A model generated the notes under the pieces. That model did not search any database and had not been told where the DNA came from. It saw only the letters and a program-made list of their open reading frames with translations. DNA of 64,000 nucleotides from Tubulanus polymorphus. Lineage: Eukaryota; Animalia; Nemertea. Position numbers and translations under genes: made by a program. Of the stretch, positions 1 to 12,350 are shown in pieces. Positions within the stretch are counted from its first letter, which is position 1, and each line of letters starts with the position of its first letter. The stretch spans positions 4,674,175-4,738,174 of the forward strand of contig NC_134032.1 in NCBI RefSeq assembly GCF_964204645.1, given 5' to 3'.

Positions 1-59
1 AGGCATTCTCTCTCAGTCGTTGATAGGTTACGTTCTGCGGCCGAGAGAGTTCGCGTGCC

Positions 60-1960
60 TTAGCAAATCACTCTCTCAGATCCATCATGAATCTGTGCCA
101 GAACAGAACCTATAGCTTCTGAGATAAATGGCATTTCAAAGTTTGGATACGCAAAAATTGGACCGGTTGTTAACTTATTCTTCATTGTGTCAAAAGCTAA
201 TTGACAAGATTCAGACAAAATAGATGGAACGCTTTTCTTAGTTAGGTCTATCAATGGCTGAGCTATGTGTGCAAAGTCTTCTATAAATTTCCGATAGAAG
301 AACACAGACCTAGAAATCCTCTTAGTTTCTTAATGGTTAATGGTTGGGGATATTCTTGAACAGCGACTATTTGATCCATATCAACCGAAATTCCTTCCGC
401 CGAAATAATATGTCCTAAATATTTTACAGACTTCAAACCAAATTTGCATTTTGAGGATTTCAATCTTAGTCCTGCCTGTCGCAATCTATCAAATACACAT
501 CTTAAATTATCTAGATGTTGTTGCCATGTACTACCAAAGCATATGATATCATCCATATAAACCATACAGATGTCATTAGTCAAGCCATGTAAGACCTTAT
601 CCATCAGTCTGGAAAAGATTCCTGGACTGTTGGCCATGCCTTGAGGCATTACCTTCCATCTATAAAGTCCTCTTTGAGTACAAAATGAAGTAATATCTCT
701 ACTCCCTTCTTCTAATTCAGTTTGAAAGAATCCTGATAATAAATCAAGAGTAGTGAAAATGATTGGTTTGCTTTGACCCAATGAAGATAAAATTCTTTCG
801 ATTCTAGGCAGAGGATATGCATCCTTCCTAATTACGGCGTTTACTTTTCTATAGTCTACACAAAATCTATAAGAACCATCTGGTTTCTTAAAAGGAACCA
901 CTGGAGATGCCCACGCGGCATCTGATGGTTCAACTAAATCCATATCAACCATTTTTGATACTTGTCTATCTATTTCTCTTTCAAGAATCGGTGCAGGTCG
1001 ATAAGGGCACGACCTAATTGGGGGATGTCCTTCAACATCAATTGAGGCTCTTATTAAATTAGTTCTACCAATCTCTTCCGGGGAATTTGCAAAGCAATCC
1101 CTATATTCCTTTAATAAATTCGTTAATTCATTTTTCTGTTCATTAGTTAAATCAGACTCACTTAAATCAACATTTGGAGCTCCCAATAATTCATCATTTT
1201 CTATGAATGGGCTTGCAGTTTGATTAAATGGTGACCTTATTCCACTTATTTCTGGTTTATCTTCCGTGTTGGAAGATTCCAATAGAAAATATTTCCTTAC
1301 CCGTATTACTTTACTGTGGTAGGAAATAACCTAATGTGGTCCCTTTACGTATAATTACATCCTCGTCATTAAGATTCATTAATCGAACCGGTATATAAAG
1401 TTCATTAACAGTTCCTAATGTTTGACCACATAATATTTTATATTTAGCTGGTAATTTATAATCAGAATTTACTATCCCTTGAGTGCCATTCGATATAGGT
1501 GCTTGAACACTTCTCATAATAGAAATTTCAGAATTTGCTGGTATTTTCTCACTTTGTCTTGCTGCAATTTTACTACTTCCGTCTAAACTAACTTGACCAA
1601 CAAGTGGTGCTACCACTCCTATTTTTGTTTAAGTCAATAATCTATTCTCAAAATCAATAAATGCTTTATATTTTTCTAGATAATCGCTTCCCAAAAAAAC
1701 ATCATGAATAAGATTATCAACTATGTAAAAATCATGAGTGGTTGTATCGTCATATATATCGAAATTAATCGAGGTCAATCCTAATAATTTGAAATTACTT
1801 CCCTGTACTGAAATTGCTTCTTCAAAACTTCCCTTTTAAAATGCGGGCTTTTCACTTAAACTATTGTATACTTTCAAGCTCAAAACCGAAATTCCAGCAC
1901 CCGTATCAATAAGGCATTCAACTGATTGGCCATTAATTTTAGCGTTTATTGTCATCGCTA
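60..1960 (-). pseudogene. pol: Gypsy pol: aspartic protease, reverse transcriptase, start of RNase H (frameshifted)
   Basis: CLIDTGAG protease motif near 1890-1915. ORF 281..1282 has WASPVV, RFCVDYRKVN, LDLLSGFFQ, MPQGMANSP, YMDD, YLGH. ORF 60..305 has FYRKFI..FA.IA.PL and AIGSVLAQ. Confidence 0.92.
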
Positions 1961-2217
1961 ACGATGTCATAAATGGACATGGGGGTAATTTAGTTGCATT
2001 GATGGATACACGATTGTTTGACTCTTTTGAATTAAATGTTGTTTTGCCCGAAATAATGGGTGAACTTCGCTTGCAGAGGAAACCGGGTTTTTGACAAATG
2101 TGATTAGATTTTTTTAGAATTACTTTTTGTAATTATATCTTCATCAGAGTTCGTGTATTCATCATTTTTTTTCTAAGCTAATTGTCGTGGTTGTATTCTC
2201 TCTGTTAGACCTAGAGT

Positions 2218-3135
2218 CTACCCCTTGAACCCAGGTCTGTTTTGGTTTTCCGAGTTCGAATTTGACCTGTCATTTTGACGTGGGTTATTTCTATTATACT
2301 GGTAATTATTGTTAGGATTCTGATAGCACGTGCGCTCATGGTGCCCAGTTTTACCACAACGCTGACAAATGATTCGGCCTTGATAGTTTCTTTGGTCTCT
2401 TGTAGGCAAATTTTTGTGCATTCTTTCAGTTTGAATTTTGAGACGCAATAATTCTCTCTGAAAACTGTCCATCTGTTTGGTTAAGAGTTTTGTTATTTCC
2501 TTCATTTCCGAAACATCTTGCGAAACAGTGTTTAATTTAGAATCAGAAGGTGAAGATATTACCGCAATCGGAACTGTGTTTTGAAGTGAATTGACAGATT
2601 CATAAAGGCGCGCAAAACCCTCAGCCTCATCAATGGTTGATGGACCTTTAGCGATAACGAACATCTTCATGCCATTTTGCATACCCGAAATAAATGGCAT
2701 TAATCGTTCACTTGACGTTTTTCCCAAGGACGAGCAAATGGCATGAATGTCTGTTATGAAATCATCTAAACTTTCTCAAAAACGATGATGGCGTGCACTT
2801 AATTTTTGTTCTTTTAACCATCTCGTCTGTTTAGAATCAAAATTTTCCAAAAAATCAGTTTTCAAATCTGCCAAATTCTTCCATTTTGGTGCATTTCTGA
2901 TTAAGACAACCTCACCGTCTTCATTCCCATATTCTGCTTCCCCTAAACGATTAATCCAATACCACTCGGATGCTAGGCCCTCCATATACAAAGGGAATGC
3001 TTTCAATTTTTTTTCCTCAGCCCAATTTGCAAAAAGTGCATATTGCTCGAATTTTGTAAACCAAGTTCTAGCATCTTCGTGTGTTATACCCGCAAAAGTA
3101 CATTGTTTAAAACAAGCCGTCTTCAACATCTTCAA
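2218..3135 (-). pseudogene. gag: Gypsy gag with CCHC zinc knuckle (split ORFs)
   Basis: Capsid-like W..KFE.YA...W....L.G.A.EWY in 2776..3135. CQRCGKTGHHERTC (CX2CX4HX4C) in 2218..2727. Confidence 0.85.
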
Positions 3136-3233
3136 AATTTGCTGCTTCTACAACCACTGTTAACATCCGTGGAATTGTCTTCTGATCCTTGGTTGATCTT
3201 CTGATGAGAGAAATCTCTTGTCGATTTATTTCG

Positions 3234-3252
3234 GTGCCCGGGTTCTCCACCA
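3234..3252 (-). promoter_or_regulatory. Primer-binding site, probably tRNA-Ala
   Basis: Minus strand TGGTGGAGAACCCGGGCAC, 1 nt after the LTR end ...TGTTACA. It is complementary to a ...UCUCCACCA tRNA 3' end. Confidence 0.7.
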
Positions 3253-3253
3253 G

Positions 3254-3814
3254 TGTAACAACTGTCTTCTTCTTGTTGTCCCTTTCTCATCTGATCAACA
3301 CCAAGTGCAAGTTTAATCCATCATGAATTTTATTGATGACTTTTCTTTTTGCTGCAGCTTACAAAATATATTTCTATCCAGAGAGTTTGGTCAGAACTCT
3401 TCTCTAAAATGTAAAATTTTGGCCTATTTATACTAATCTATCTTCCTGGTATCTAAGTTATGATTCAATTTTTCCCAGAAAACAATAATTTGAATAGAAA
3501 CGTCCGCATGGGGAAAACCAAAGTTCGATGGAGAAAACCAAACTTCGATGGGGAAAACCAATCTTCGATGGGGAAAACCAGAACAATTATTTTTTGATAG
3601 ACAACTCTACCCGGAAAAACCTGAGAGTGAAATTACAATTTTTTGAGAGAACTAATTTTTGTGAGCATGATTTATGATAGGGAAGTTGATAATATTTAAG
3701 AGCTTTATATTTTTGTGAACATGATTTATGATAGGGCCCTAAGATATTTAATTATTTAATGAATTTATACCAGGATGATAGATTTAGTAATGTGACGATG
3801 ACCGCGTCGTCACA
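3254..3814 (-). repeat. 5' LTR of Gypsy element 1 (~561 bp)
   Basis: TG...CA termini (TGTGAC...GTTACA) next to the PBS. Contains ~3.5 copies of a 20-bp repeat (GGGAAAACCAAACTTCGATG, ~3510-3580) and a terminal palindrome at 3791-3814. Confidence 0.75.
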
Positions 3815-6800
3815 CTTACACCCAACATAAGATATTACGCATTGTTTTAGAATAACAGATTACCGGAAATATGAAACATTATATAAAATTGATCAATATC
3901 CAGTAACTATAAAAATGTTTCCAAAAATAGAAAAAGTTAATAATTTAAAAATAAATGTATTCGAATTAATACAATTACCAAAGACAAAAGGTGAAAATAT
4001 TAAAGATTATACATTAGAAGCTTTATATTTAACAGAATATTATGATGATGAAAATGCTATAGATTTGTTATATTACAAAAAAGATGAAAATGAACATTAT
4101 ATGTGGTTAAAACAAATTGATTCATTCTTTAGAACAACAGAAAGTGATCACCATCGTAAAATTTATCTGTGTAGAAAATGTTTATCTAAATTTATGACTG
4201 AGAATGCGTTACTAAAACTTAAAGAATAATGTGATAATAAAGATTTTTGTTAATTAATAATTCCAACAGAAAAAGATTATAAATTGAAATTTACTAATCA
4301 TAAATTTAAAAATATTGTTCCATTTGTAATTTATGGGGATTTTGAATCGTTGAATAAAGAATTAACTGATCAAGATAGAAAAGAAATATATAACAAAAAG
4401 CAATTTTTAAAATCAATGGATAAAGGAAATGAATTAAATAAATTAATTAAGATATAATTCAAGATCCACCAATTATAAACACAATTAAAAAAGTTCATCA
4501 AAGAGCTGCTGCTTATGGAATTTACATAAAATCAAATTATCCCGAATTATATGAAAGTCAATATATTTCTTTCAGAGGTGAAGATGTAGTTAATGAATTT
4601 TGTAATAAAATAATTGAATTAGAAAATGATTTTGCAAAATTATTAAACAAAAATAAAAGAATAGTTATGACAAAAGAAGATGAAATTGATTTTAATTATG
4701 CAACTCATTGTTGTTACTGTGAAAAACGTTTTTATTCATTCAATAAAAAAGTTAGAGATCATGATCATTTAAATTCAAAATACCGCGGAGCTGCTCAGGA
4801 AGATTGTAATTTACAAGCTAAGAAAGTTAATTTCGTACCAATATTATTTCATAATTTATCAGGCTATGATACCCATCTATTTATAAGACAATTATCAGGA
4901 AAATTGGGTGCAATTAATCAAGAAATAGAAGAATATAATGCTATGAATGGTACAAATGTAAGAAAGTATGATTTTAAACTATTAGCTAAAACATCTGAAA
5001 ATTATATTTCATTTCAATTTGGTTGCATTAGATTTTTATAGATTTCTTGCAAGGTCATTAGATAATTTAGCAAAAAGTTTAGTTGATAATGATTGTGTTA
5101 TAACTCGATATTATTATCCAGATGAACAAGATTTTAAATTATTGAGATATAAAGGTGCAATTCCTTATTCATTTTATAAAACACACAATGATTTTAATGA
5201 AAGAGAATTATTAAAAGATCAATTTTATGATCAATTAAAAGAGGAGTATCTGAAAGATGAAGTGTTTAATAGAACATAAAATATTTGGAATCACTTTAAG
5301 ATAGAAAATCATGGTGAATTAGTAGATTTATACTTAAAATCAGATGTTATGATAGTGGCTGACATATTTGAAAAATTTAGAGAAGTTAATTTGAATCATT
5401 TTAATGTTGATCCCTGCTATTGCTACTCTAGTCCTGGTTTAACCTGGCAATGTGGTTTAAAATATACTAATGTAGAATTGGATTTATTTAAAGAACCAGA
5501 CATGGTTTTATTATTTGAAAAATCAATTAGAGGTGGAATTAGTATGTGTTATGGGACATTTTAAAGCAAATGATGAATGTAAATTATTATATATCGACGC
5601 CAATAATTTATATGGTTGGGCAATGATGCAACCTCAACCATACAAAAATTTTATATTAATAGAAGTTCAAAATGATTATAAAACTGATTGGGAAAGTGCA
5701 ATTAAGAGTTTAAAAGATGGAGCACCAATTGGTTATTTCTTTGTAGTTGATTTGGAATATCCTGATAACATAAAATTAAAAACAAGAAACTTACCATATT
5801 GCCCAGAACACTTAACCGAAGATGATAGTTATTTAAGTAAATACCAGAAAAAAATAAAACCGAAATATCTTTAAAATTGAAAGATTTTTACAGAAAAATT
5901 GATATTAACACAAAATAATAAATATAATTATACTGTTCATTATAGAATGTTTATGTTAATTTTATCTAAAACAAGGAATGAAAATAAAGAAAGTACATAG
6001 ATATATTGAATTTAATCAATCGAAGTGGTTAGAAAAATATATAGATTTTAATACTCAACAGAGAACCATATAAAAAACAGATTTTGAAAAAGATTTCTTC
6101 AAATTTATGAATAATAGTTTTTATGGTAAAACATGTGGAAATATTAGAAATAGAAATGATATTGAATCAGTAAATAATTCGGAACGATTAAGACATTTAC
6201 AATCAAGTCCTAGACATTTAGGAAATAAAAGATTTGAAGATTATTTAACAGCAGTTAAATTAAAAAGAACGTCAATGAAATTTAATAGACCTATATTCAT
6301 TGGTTCAACTGTTTTAGAAGTATCAAAATTATTAATGTATGATTTTTATTATAATGTTTTACAACCGCTTTTTGGGGAAAAGCATATTGAAATATTATAT
6401 TTTGATTCTGTAACAGCTGACACCCCAATATTAATAAAATGTAATGATAAAATATTGATAAGAAGAATTTCAAAAATAATTCCAAAACAAAATAAATGTT
6501 ATATTTCATATGGTGAAAAAGAATTAATGCAAATAAATGGATTAATGGATGTTTGGACAAGAAATGGATGGAAAAAATTAAAGAATATTAATAGGCATAA
6601 AACAAATAAGAAAATCTATAGAGTTAGAACTAAATTAGGGTTTGTAGATGTTACAGAAGATCATAGTTTAATTAAACGAAATGGTAATGAAATAAAACCA
6701 ACTGATATAAAAATTGGAGATGAATTATTACATAAAAGATTTTTCCAAAGAATGAATCATATGTCATTTGATGAAATAATTGATAATATTTATAATATAG

Positions 6801-7852
6801 AACCTGAAACATTAGTAGAAAAAGAATATTTTATCAAAGGATTTTTTATGGGAGATGGTTCAGCAGGTGTGTATAAATATGTTTGGGGTAATAAATATTG
6901 TTGGTATTTATGCAATCAAGATTTGATATTATTAGAAAGAATAAAGAAATATTGTGAAGAAGTTTATCCAAATAAAGCATTTAAAATCATGGATGTTATG
7001 AAATCGTCAGCAGTTTATAGAATACTTGTAAATAATCCTAAAGACTTTGCTATAAAATATAATGATGAATTCTATATTCATGCAATAGTGAAAAGTAATA
7101 CTTCAACCAAAGAAAAGATGGTTCCAGATTATGTATTAAATGTAAAATATAATTTAAGAAAATGGTTCTTCATTGGATTTTATGCAGCAGATGGTTCAAA
7201 AAAGTATCAAAAACCGCAAAACAATATCTTTAGCTCGGAAAGGAAAATGTGCAATAAGTGGGTTAAATGTGTTATGTAGTTCATTAGGTTTTGATATGAA
7301 TATTGCATGGATTAAATCTAAACCAAATTGCTTTAATTTAAGCCATGTAGAAAATGAGTTAACTGAAGAAGTTAGAGATTTATTCGAAATACATAATCCA
7401 TCAGATTATATTTATGATTTATCAACTGAAGATGGCACATTTAACATTAAAACATCATTTTAATTTTAGCAATTACCCAAAAGATCATGAACTATTTAGC
7501 AATGATTATAAAATATTCCTGGTAAGTTTAAAGATGAATTAGGGGGTGATGAAATGATTGAATTTGTTGGGATAAGGAGTAAAACGTATAGTTGTAGAAC
7601 AAAAGATCATGAAGCTTAAAAGTTAAAAGGAATAACAAAACATGTGGTTGATAAACATATAGAATTTCAAGATTGCCTATAGTGTTTATATAACTCAATT
7701 GTTATGAAACATAAAATGAATTGTTTAAGATCAGAAGATCACGAGATGTATATTAATGTTGAATTAAAGTTGAAAAATCTAGTTTGAATCCATTTGATGA
7801 TAAAAGGCATATTTTAGATGATGGTATAAAAACATTACCTTATGGTTATTAA
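3815..7852 (+). pseudogene. polB: Protein-primed family B DNA polymerase (vOTU-like N-terminus, EndoVII-like insert, intein), disrupted
   Basis: LHP...YPV..FPKIEK.NNLKINVF...HY (OTU-like); FVIYGDFES (Exo I); RDHDHL..KYRGAA...CN; FHNLSGYD (Exo II); YLKSDV (Exo III); YIDANNLYGWAM; K.MNNSFYGK; YFD|intein; GKFKDE; FDDKR...TLPYG. Several stops and frameshifts. Confidence 0.95.
6407..7445 (+). other. Intein with LAGLIDADG homing endonuclease in pPolB motif C (copy A; C-terminal splice junction deleted)
   Basis: Starts right after YFD with SVTADTPILIK. Block B DVTEDHSL; LAGLIDADG motifs FIKGFFMGDGS and FFIGFYAADGS; block F YIYDLSTEDGTFN. An 83-bp deletion relative to copy B removes block G and TDS. 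Confidence 0.92.
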
Positions 7853-7854
7853 AA

Positions 7855-10119
7855 TGGATCTATATCATCAAACTCGAAATCACTATTGGCTTCTTCATAT
7901 TGATCAAATTGTTTTCCTATTATTTCTTTGGGTTCTTCCATTTAATTTTTGTCATATAAATAAAGTTCTATATTGTACCACATTTCATCTCGCTCTCTTT
8001 GTTTCTTTTTGTTTGTTAATTCATCAAATGGAATTATAATATCGATGTTTAAAAAATGTACAATCTTATTTAAAAAGAATTCATAATTAATTGAATCTGT
8101 TATTCTATTATCCACATAATATCTTAATATTTTTTTGAATGTTTCTTTTATATTTTCCATATCTTCTTCTGTTAATTTAGGTTTTTTATAATAATCGTTA
8201 AATAATAGATATAAATACATTTTCTTTTTAGCTTACTTGGGACTATAGTCCCAGTGGGCTATTGCGTTCACTTTTCGTCCGTCGTCCGTCCATCCGTCCG
8301 TTCGTCCGTCCGTAGACGGAATCCAGTTATTTTGGGAAGTTTTGAAGACGCTTCAAGGTAATGTCTTGATATTTGGGTTACACATGTATCTACCCTAGAC
8401 ACATCTTCAGCCCAAAAACTGGCCTTGTCAGATTCAAGATGGCCGACTGGCAGCCATTGTTGTTCGCCAAAATCAGCACTTTTTACACATTTTTTAACTT
8501 TTTGAAGGACATTTTGAAGACGCTTTGATCAGTTACCTTGATCTCTCGGATATATGTGAATTCCCCCAGGGCCCATCAGCATAACAAAAATTGGGTCGAT
8601 CGGACTCAAGATGGCCGTCTTGGTGTCAGCAGTACTCATCCGTAAGTGGGAAAAAGTTTTTCCACATTATATGGATACCTAAGCGTATTTTGTTACCACA
8701 ATCATAAAGAAAGTTGTAGCTCATAACATGTTCTATGATTGTGGTGAGTTTCAAGGTCATTGGTTTTTGTATATGGCCACCAGGGGGCGTTAAATAATGC
8801 AATATCTTAGTATTTCTATATTATATTCGTATCAATGCATATTTTGTAACCACAGTCAATTGCAAAGTTGTAGCTCATGACATCATCTATGATTGTTGCA
8901 AGTTTTAAGGCCATTAGTTATTCTATATGGTCACCAGGGCGCGTTGAATAGTAGAATAACTTAGTATTTCCTTATTATATTAGTACCTAGGCATATTTTG
9001 TTACCAAGATCAATTACAAAGTTATAGTTCGTGACATGTTCTATGATTGTGGCGAGTTTTATGGTCATTGGATTCTGTATATGGTCACCAGGGGGCGTTG
9101 AATATTGAAATTGTTAGGTTGTTGAGCATTTGGAACCACTTCCCAAGTGGGCATGGTGTCCCTAGACCCCTAGTTTTGTGTGTTAGATGTTGACGGAATA
9201 ATTGTTTTTATTATATCTTTTTTAGTTATTTCACCATTTTTATTTTCTATAATTTTCATTTTCAAGCCATTGCTTATATTCTGGTGTATGATCTTCCGTA
9301 GAAAATATCTTAAAAATTTCATCCAGATATTTTAATTTTGGTTCTAAAAGAATATCTCTAGTTTTTTCATCAGCCCATAAATTTCTTTGCCATCCACATT
9401 CATTACAAAATTTCGCAGGACCCTCTTGAATTAAATACCTATAAATACATTGTGGGCATTTTTTTTCTATCATAGCTTGGTAAAAGATCTTCATTAAGCT
9501 CTTGGTATTTCTTACGTTTTCTTTATGTTTTATTGTTCTATTATGTAGATTTAAATTACTTGTTGTAATAATCAATTTACAATATTTACAATAATATGTT
9601 TTTCTTACTAATTCATTATATTGTTTTTCTACCTTTTCAACTGTTTCTTCATTATCTGGTAACGTTTTCTCATATTTCATTTTTTCTAATATTTTATTTT
9701 TTCTTTCATTGAATTCAGTTTCAAATTTTATTAGAAATTGTATCTATATGTGCTTTACGAAATTGATGATTCTCCCAATCTTCTATATTTTCAGGGCTAT
9801 ATTTTATTCGACAAGGCTCACAGAAATAATCTTTTATATTATCCTTATCATATAATAAGAAAGGTCTTTTCCAAATAATTTCAGGTTCAGTTTCAACAGA
9901 ATTACTATTACTTTCATTACTATCAACATTAACCGTTGTGTCATTAATTTTACACTTCTCTCAATGTTTTTTAACATAATTTCTTGAGAATAATTTATTA
10001 CAATTTGGGCAGTTTAGTTTAGGGGGTTTATAATTTTTATCATGTTTTTTCATATTTCGAGCCATATTACTTTTTCTTGGAAGTTCACCACAAATTTCAC
10101 ATGCTATCTTCTCCTCCAT
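7855..10119 (-). pseudogene. Three small Polinton genes convergent on pPolB (two with C2H2/C4 zinc-finger-like motifs), partly disrupted
   Basis: ORFs 7942..8220 (split by the 8230-9174 insertion), 9240..9680 (CKYC...H.RT.KH; CPQC...CNEC) and ~9700-10119 (CEIC...; CPNC...; CEPC). Orthologous to 61859-63184. Confidence 0.7.
8230..9174 (+). mobile_element. DINE-1/HINE-like non-autonomous Helentron-type element
   Basis: 5' hairpin AGCTTACTTGGGA-ctatag-TCCCAGTGGGCT followed by a (GTCC)n microsatellite, three ~153-bp internal tandem repeats, 3' subterminal IR TCCCAAGTGGGC and end ...CCCTAGT. Inserted in a T-run. The empty site is visible in copy B at ~62240. Confidence 0.8.
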
Positions 10120-10187
10120 TTATTAGGGAACAATTTTATTAAAATTAATTTTTAGTGATGAGCGGTAATTTTTTTGGGTTATAAATA

Positions 10188-10908
10188 ATGGGTGAATTAA
10201 AACAATATAGAATATTTGTTGATTCTAGAAGACTTACATTATAATTTAAAAATTGTGTAGATTTAAAATTAGTAAATGTTAGTTTATGTAACTCTTTTTA
10301 TAATATATCGAACATAACTATTGAATATAGAGCCTTTTTAATTTTTGATAAAGGTAAAAATGAATGGTCCTATATCTATTTAAAACCGGGGTTATATAAT
10401 TTAGATACATTATCGCAAGAACTTAATAGTAAAGCCTGGCGCAAGTTAGGTACTAATTCCGGCTTTAGTATTAGATTTTTAAAAAGTAATAGTTCTGATA
10501 GAATAAAGATAAGGTTGTCTAATAGTGAAAAACATAAATTTATGGTAAAAAACCTATAGCTAAAATGTTAGGAATTCCTCCAGATAGATCTTTAACAAAT
10601 ATTGATGCTACAACAAACTTAATACCTTACACGCATTTTTATATTTATTGCAATTTAATTGATCCTACAAATACATTCGAAGCAACTAATGATATAACTT
10701 GTAATTCTGGTTTATTAAACGTTTTACCATTGACGAATGTTAAAGAATTTGGAACGCAAATAAATTATAATTTAGCTGAGTGTGATTTCAAACCATGCAT
10801 TCCTAAATTTGCTAATTTTAGATCAGAAATTAGAAATCATAATGGATATTTAATGATTTAAATAATTTCCCTGTAACTTATGAATTAGTTATAAGATGTA
10901 GAGAGTAA
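10188..10908 (+). pseudogene. Minor capsid (penton)-like protein of Polinton/adintovirus
   Basis: IFVDSR...NSFYNIS...KPGLYNLDTL..E.N...FYIYCNLID...LLNVLPL...EIRNHNG...NNFPVTYEL. This pattern fits single jelly-roll minor capsid proteins (recognised from memory). Frameshifted; ortholog at 63254-64000. Confidence 0.65.
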
Positions 10909-10923
10909 TTTTTTGATATATAA

Positions 10924-11235
10924 ATGAATATAACAGTAGGACCGAGCATATGTTTTGGGTTTGATTTTAAACATGGTAAAGAAATTAGAATTAAACTAAA
11001 TGATGTAATTACTGATATTAAACGTAAATCATTTAATAATGCATCAATGATTAATAAAGAAAATTATGATATAGAAAAAGTAATTGATTTAATTAAAACA
11101 CCTTTAGAATATAATGAATTAAATGAAGATGGAATTATCGATGATATTAAAGATATATTATCGAAAATATATGATAATCATAAAAGTAGTAATGAAATAA
11201 ATGTTGAAATAATTATAACTAAGATAACTAAATAG
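10924..11235 (+). CDS. Hypothetical Polinton protein (103 aa)
   Basis: Intact ORF with the TAAATG start context shared by neighbouring viral genes. Confidence 0.55.
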   Translation: MNITVGPSICFGFDFKHGKEIRIKLNDVITDIKRKSFNNASMINKENYDIEKVIDLIKTPLEYNELNEDGIIDDIKDILSKIYDNHKSSNEINVEIIITKITK

Positions 11236-11265
11236 TTTGAAGATAGTAAATTTTTTTCTTAATAA

Positions 11266-11484
11266 ATGGCGGATCAGAAGTGGATAATAACTGGATTATA
11301 TAATGGAGCATTATTATCAGTTGGAACTGTTGGTTATTCAATGGTATTAAAAAAGTATTTAAAATGGGAAGTGTTAATGTTGATAGATATTAATGGTATT
11401 CTAAAATTAACACTAGCAGTTACTTTATCTAATTTAACTATTGATTATTTGGAAAAACAAAAATATAATCCTCCTACTAAATAA
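11266..11484 (+). CDS. Small hydrophobic Polinton membrane protein
   Basis: 72 aa, two hydrophobic segments, C-terminal DYLEKQK..P, TAAATG start. Confidence 0.6.
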   Translation: MADQKWIITGLYNGALLSVGTVGYSMVLKKYLKWEVLMLIDINGILKLTLAVTLSNLTIDYLEKQKYNPPTK

Positions 11485-11905
11485 ATGGCTTCTGCAATTA
11501 TATCTATTATAATCGGCAATTGTTAACGCTTTAGCATTTACAGGTGGTGGTTATTTATTTAAGCATATTGATAATAATAGTTCATTATCAGAACAAAAAA
11601 GACATAACTTAGCATTAGAAAAATATAAGAAGGCTGCAGAAGAATATAGAGAAAAAAGAGAAAATTACATAGAGAATATTAACAAAGAATTATATGATCA
11701 GAAAATTTCACATAGAGATTTTCAATCAGTTGATGATGCAATGAGTTTATATAATGCGGTAACCAATAAAGAAAAATTACATCTATACAAACCTAAATTA
11801 TCAGATTATTATACCCCAAGTAAAGAACAACAGAAATATGAAATAATTTGGATTTAAGGTGGAACAGTTATTGTTGTATTTGTAGCGTATAGATTTACTA
11901 ATTAG
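11485..11905 (+). pseudogene. Conserved Polinton/adintovirus small membrane/coiled-coil protein, frameshifted
   Basis: MASAIISIIIG..VNALAFTGGGYLF...EQKRHNLALEKY...PKLSDYY.PSKEQQKYE plus a hydrophobic tail. The ATG directly follows the upstream stop (TAAATG). Confidence 0.6.
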
Positions 11906-11924
11906 TAATTTTTTTGCTAAATAA

Positions 11925-12350
11925 ATGGATGATAAAGTTGATAATATTGATATTATTCCTCATGATATAAATAAAACTAAATTAAAATTATATTTGGAAA
12001 AACAAATATTAGAATTTGAAAGTGACGATAAAAAAGAAAAATATTTAAAATCTAAAATTATATATTATTTTATTATAAGTGGTTCAGTTACAATTAGTTC
12101 TGTAATAACATTTTTAGCAATATTCAGCCCATTAACACCTTTAGCTATCTCAATTGGTGTTTTAGGATTATCATCAAGTGTTTTAATAGGTATAAGTTCA
12201 AAATTAAATATAAAAAGTAATAAAGAAAAAATTTAAACTGATATAAAGAAATTAATAAATTAAAAAATACACTAGATTATATAATAAGTTTAAATGGTCA
12301 TATAAAAGTTGAAGAACAAGATAAATTATTAAAAGAATTAGTTAATTATT
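11925..12350 (+). pseudogene. Polinton membrane protein with hydrophobic hairpin
   Basis: ORF 11925..12236 with a long hydrophobic stretch FIISGSVTISSVITFLAIFSPLTPLAISIGVLGLSSSVL. The frame continues in disrupted form to ~12350. Confidence 0.55.

Larger units (their letters stand above)
1..3814 (-). mobile_element. Ty3/Gypsy LTR retrotransposon (5' part; runs off the window start), inserted into the Polinton pPolB gene
   Basis: Order on the minus strand is LTR (3254-3814), PBS (3234-3252), gag, protease, RT, RNase H. The sequence right of 3814 resumes in the pPolB frame (LHP...YPVTIK). Confidence 0.9.
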
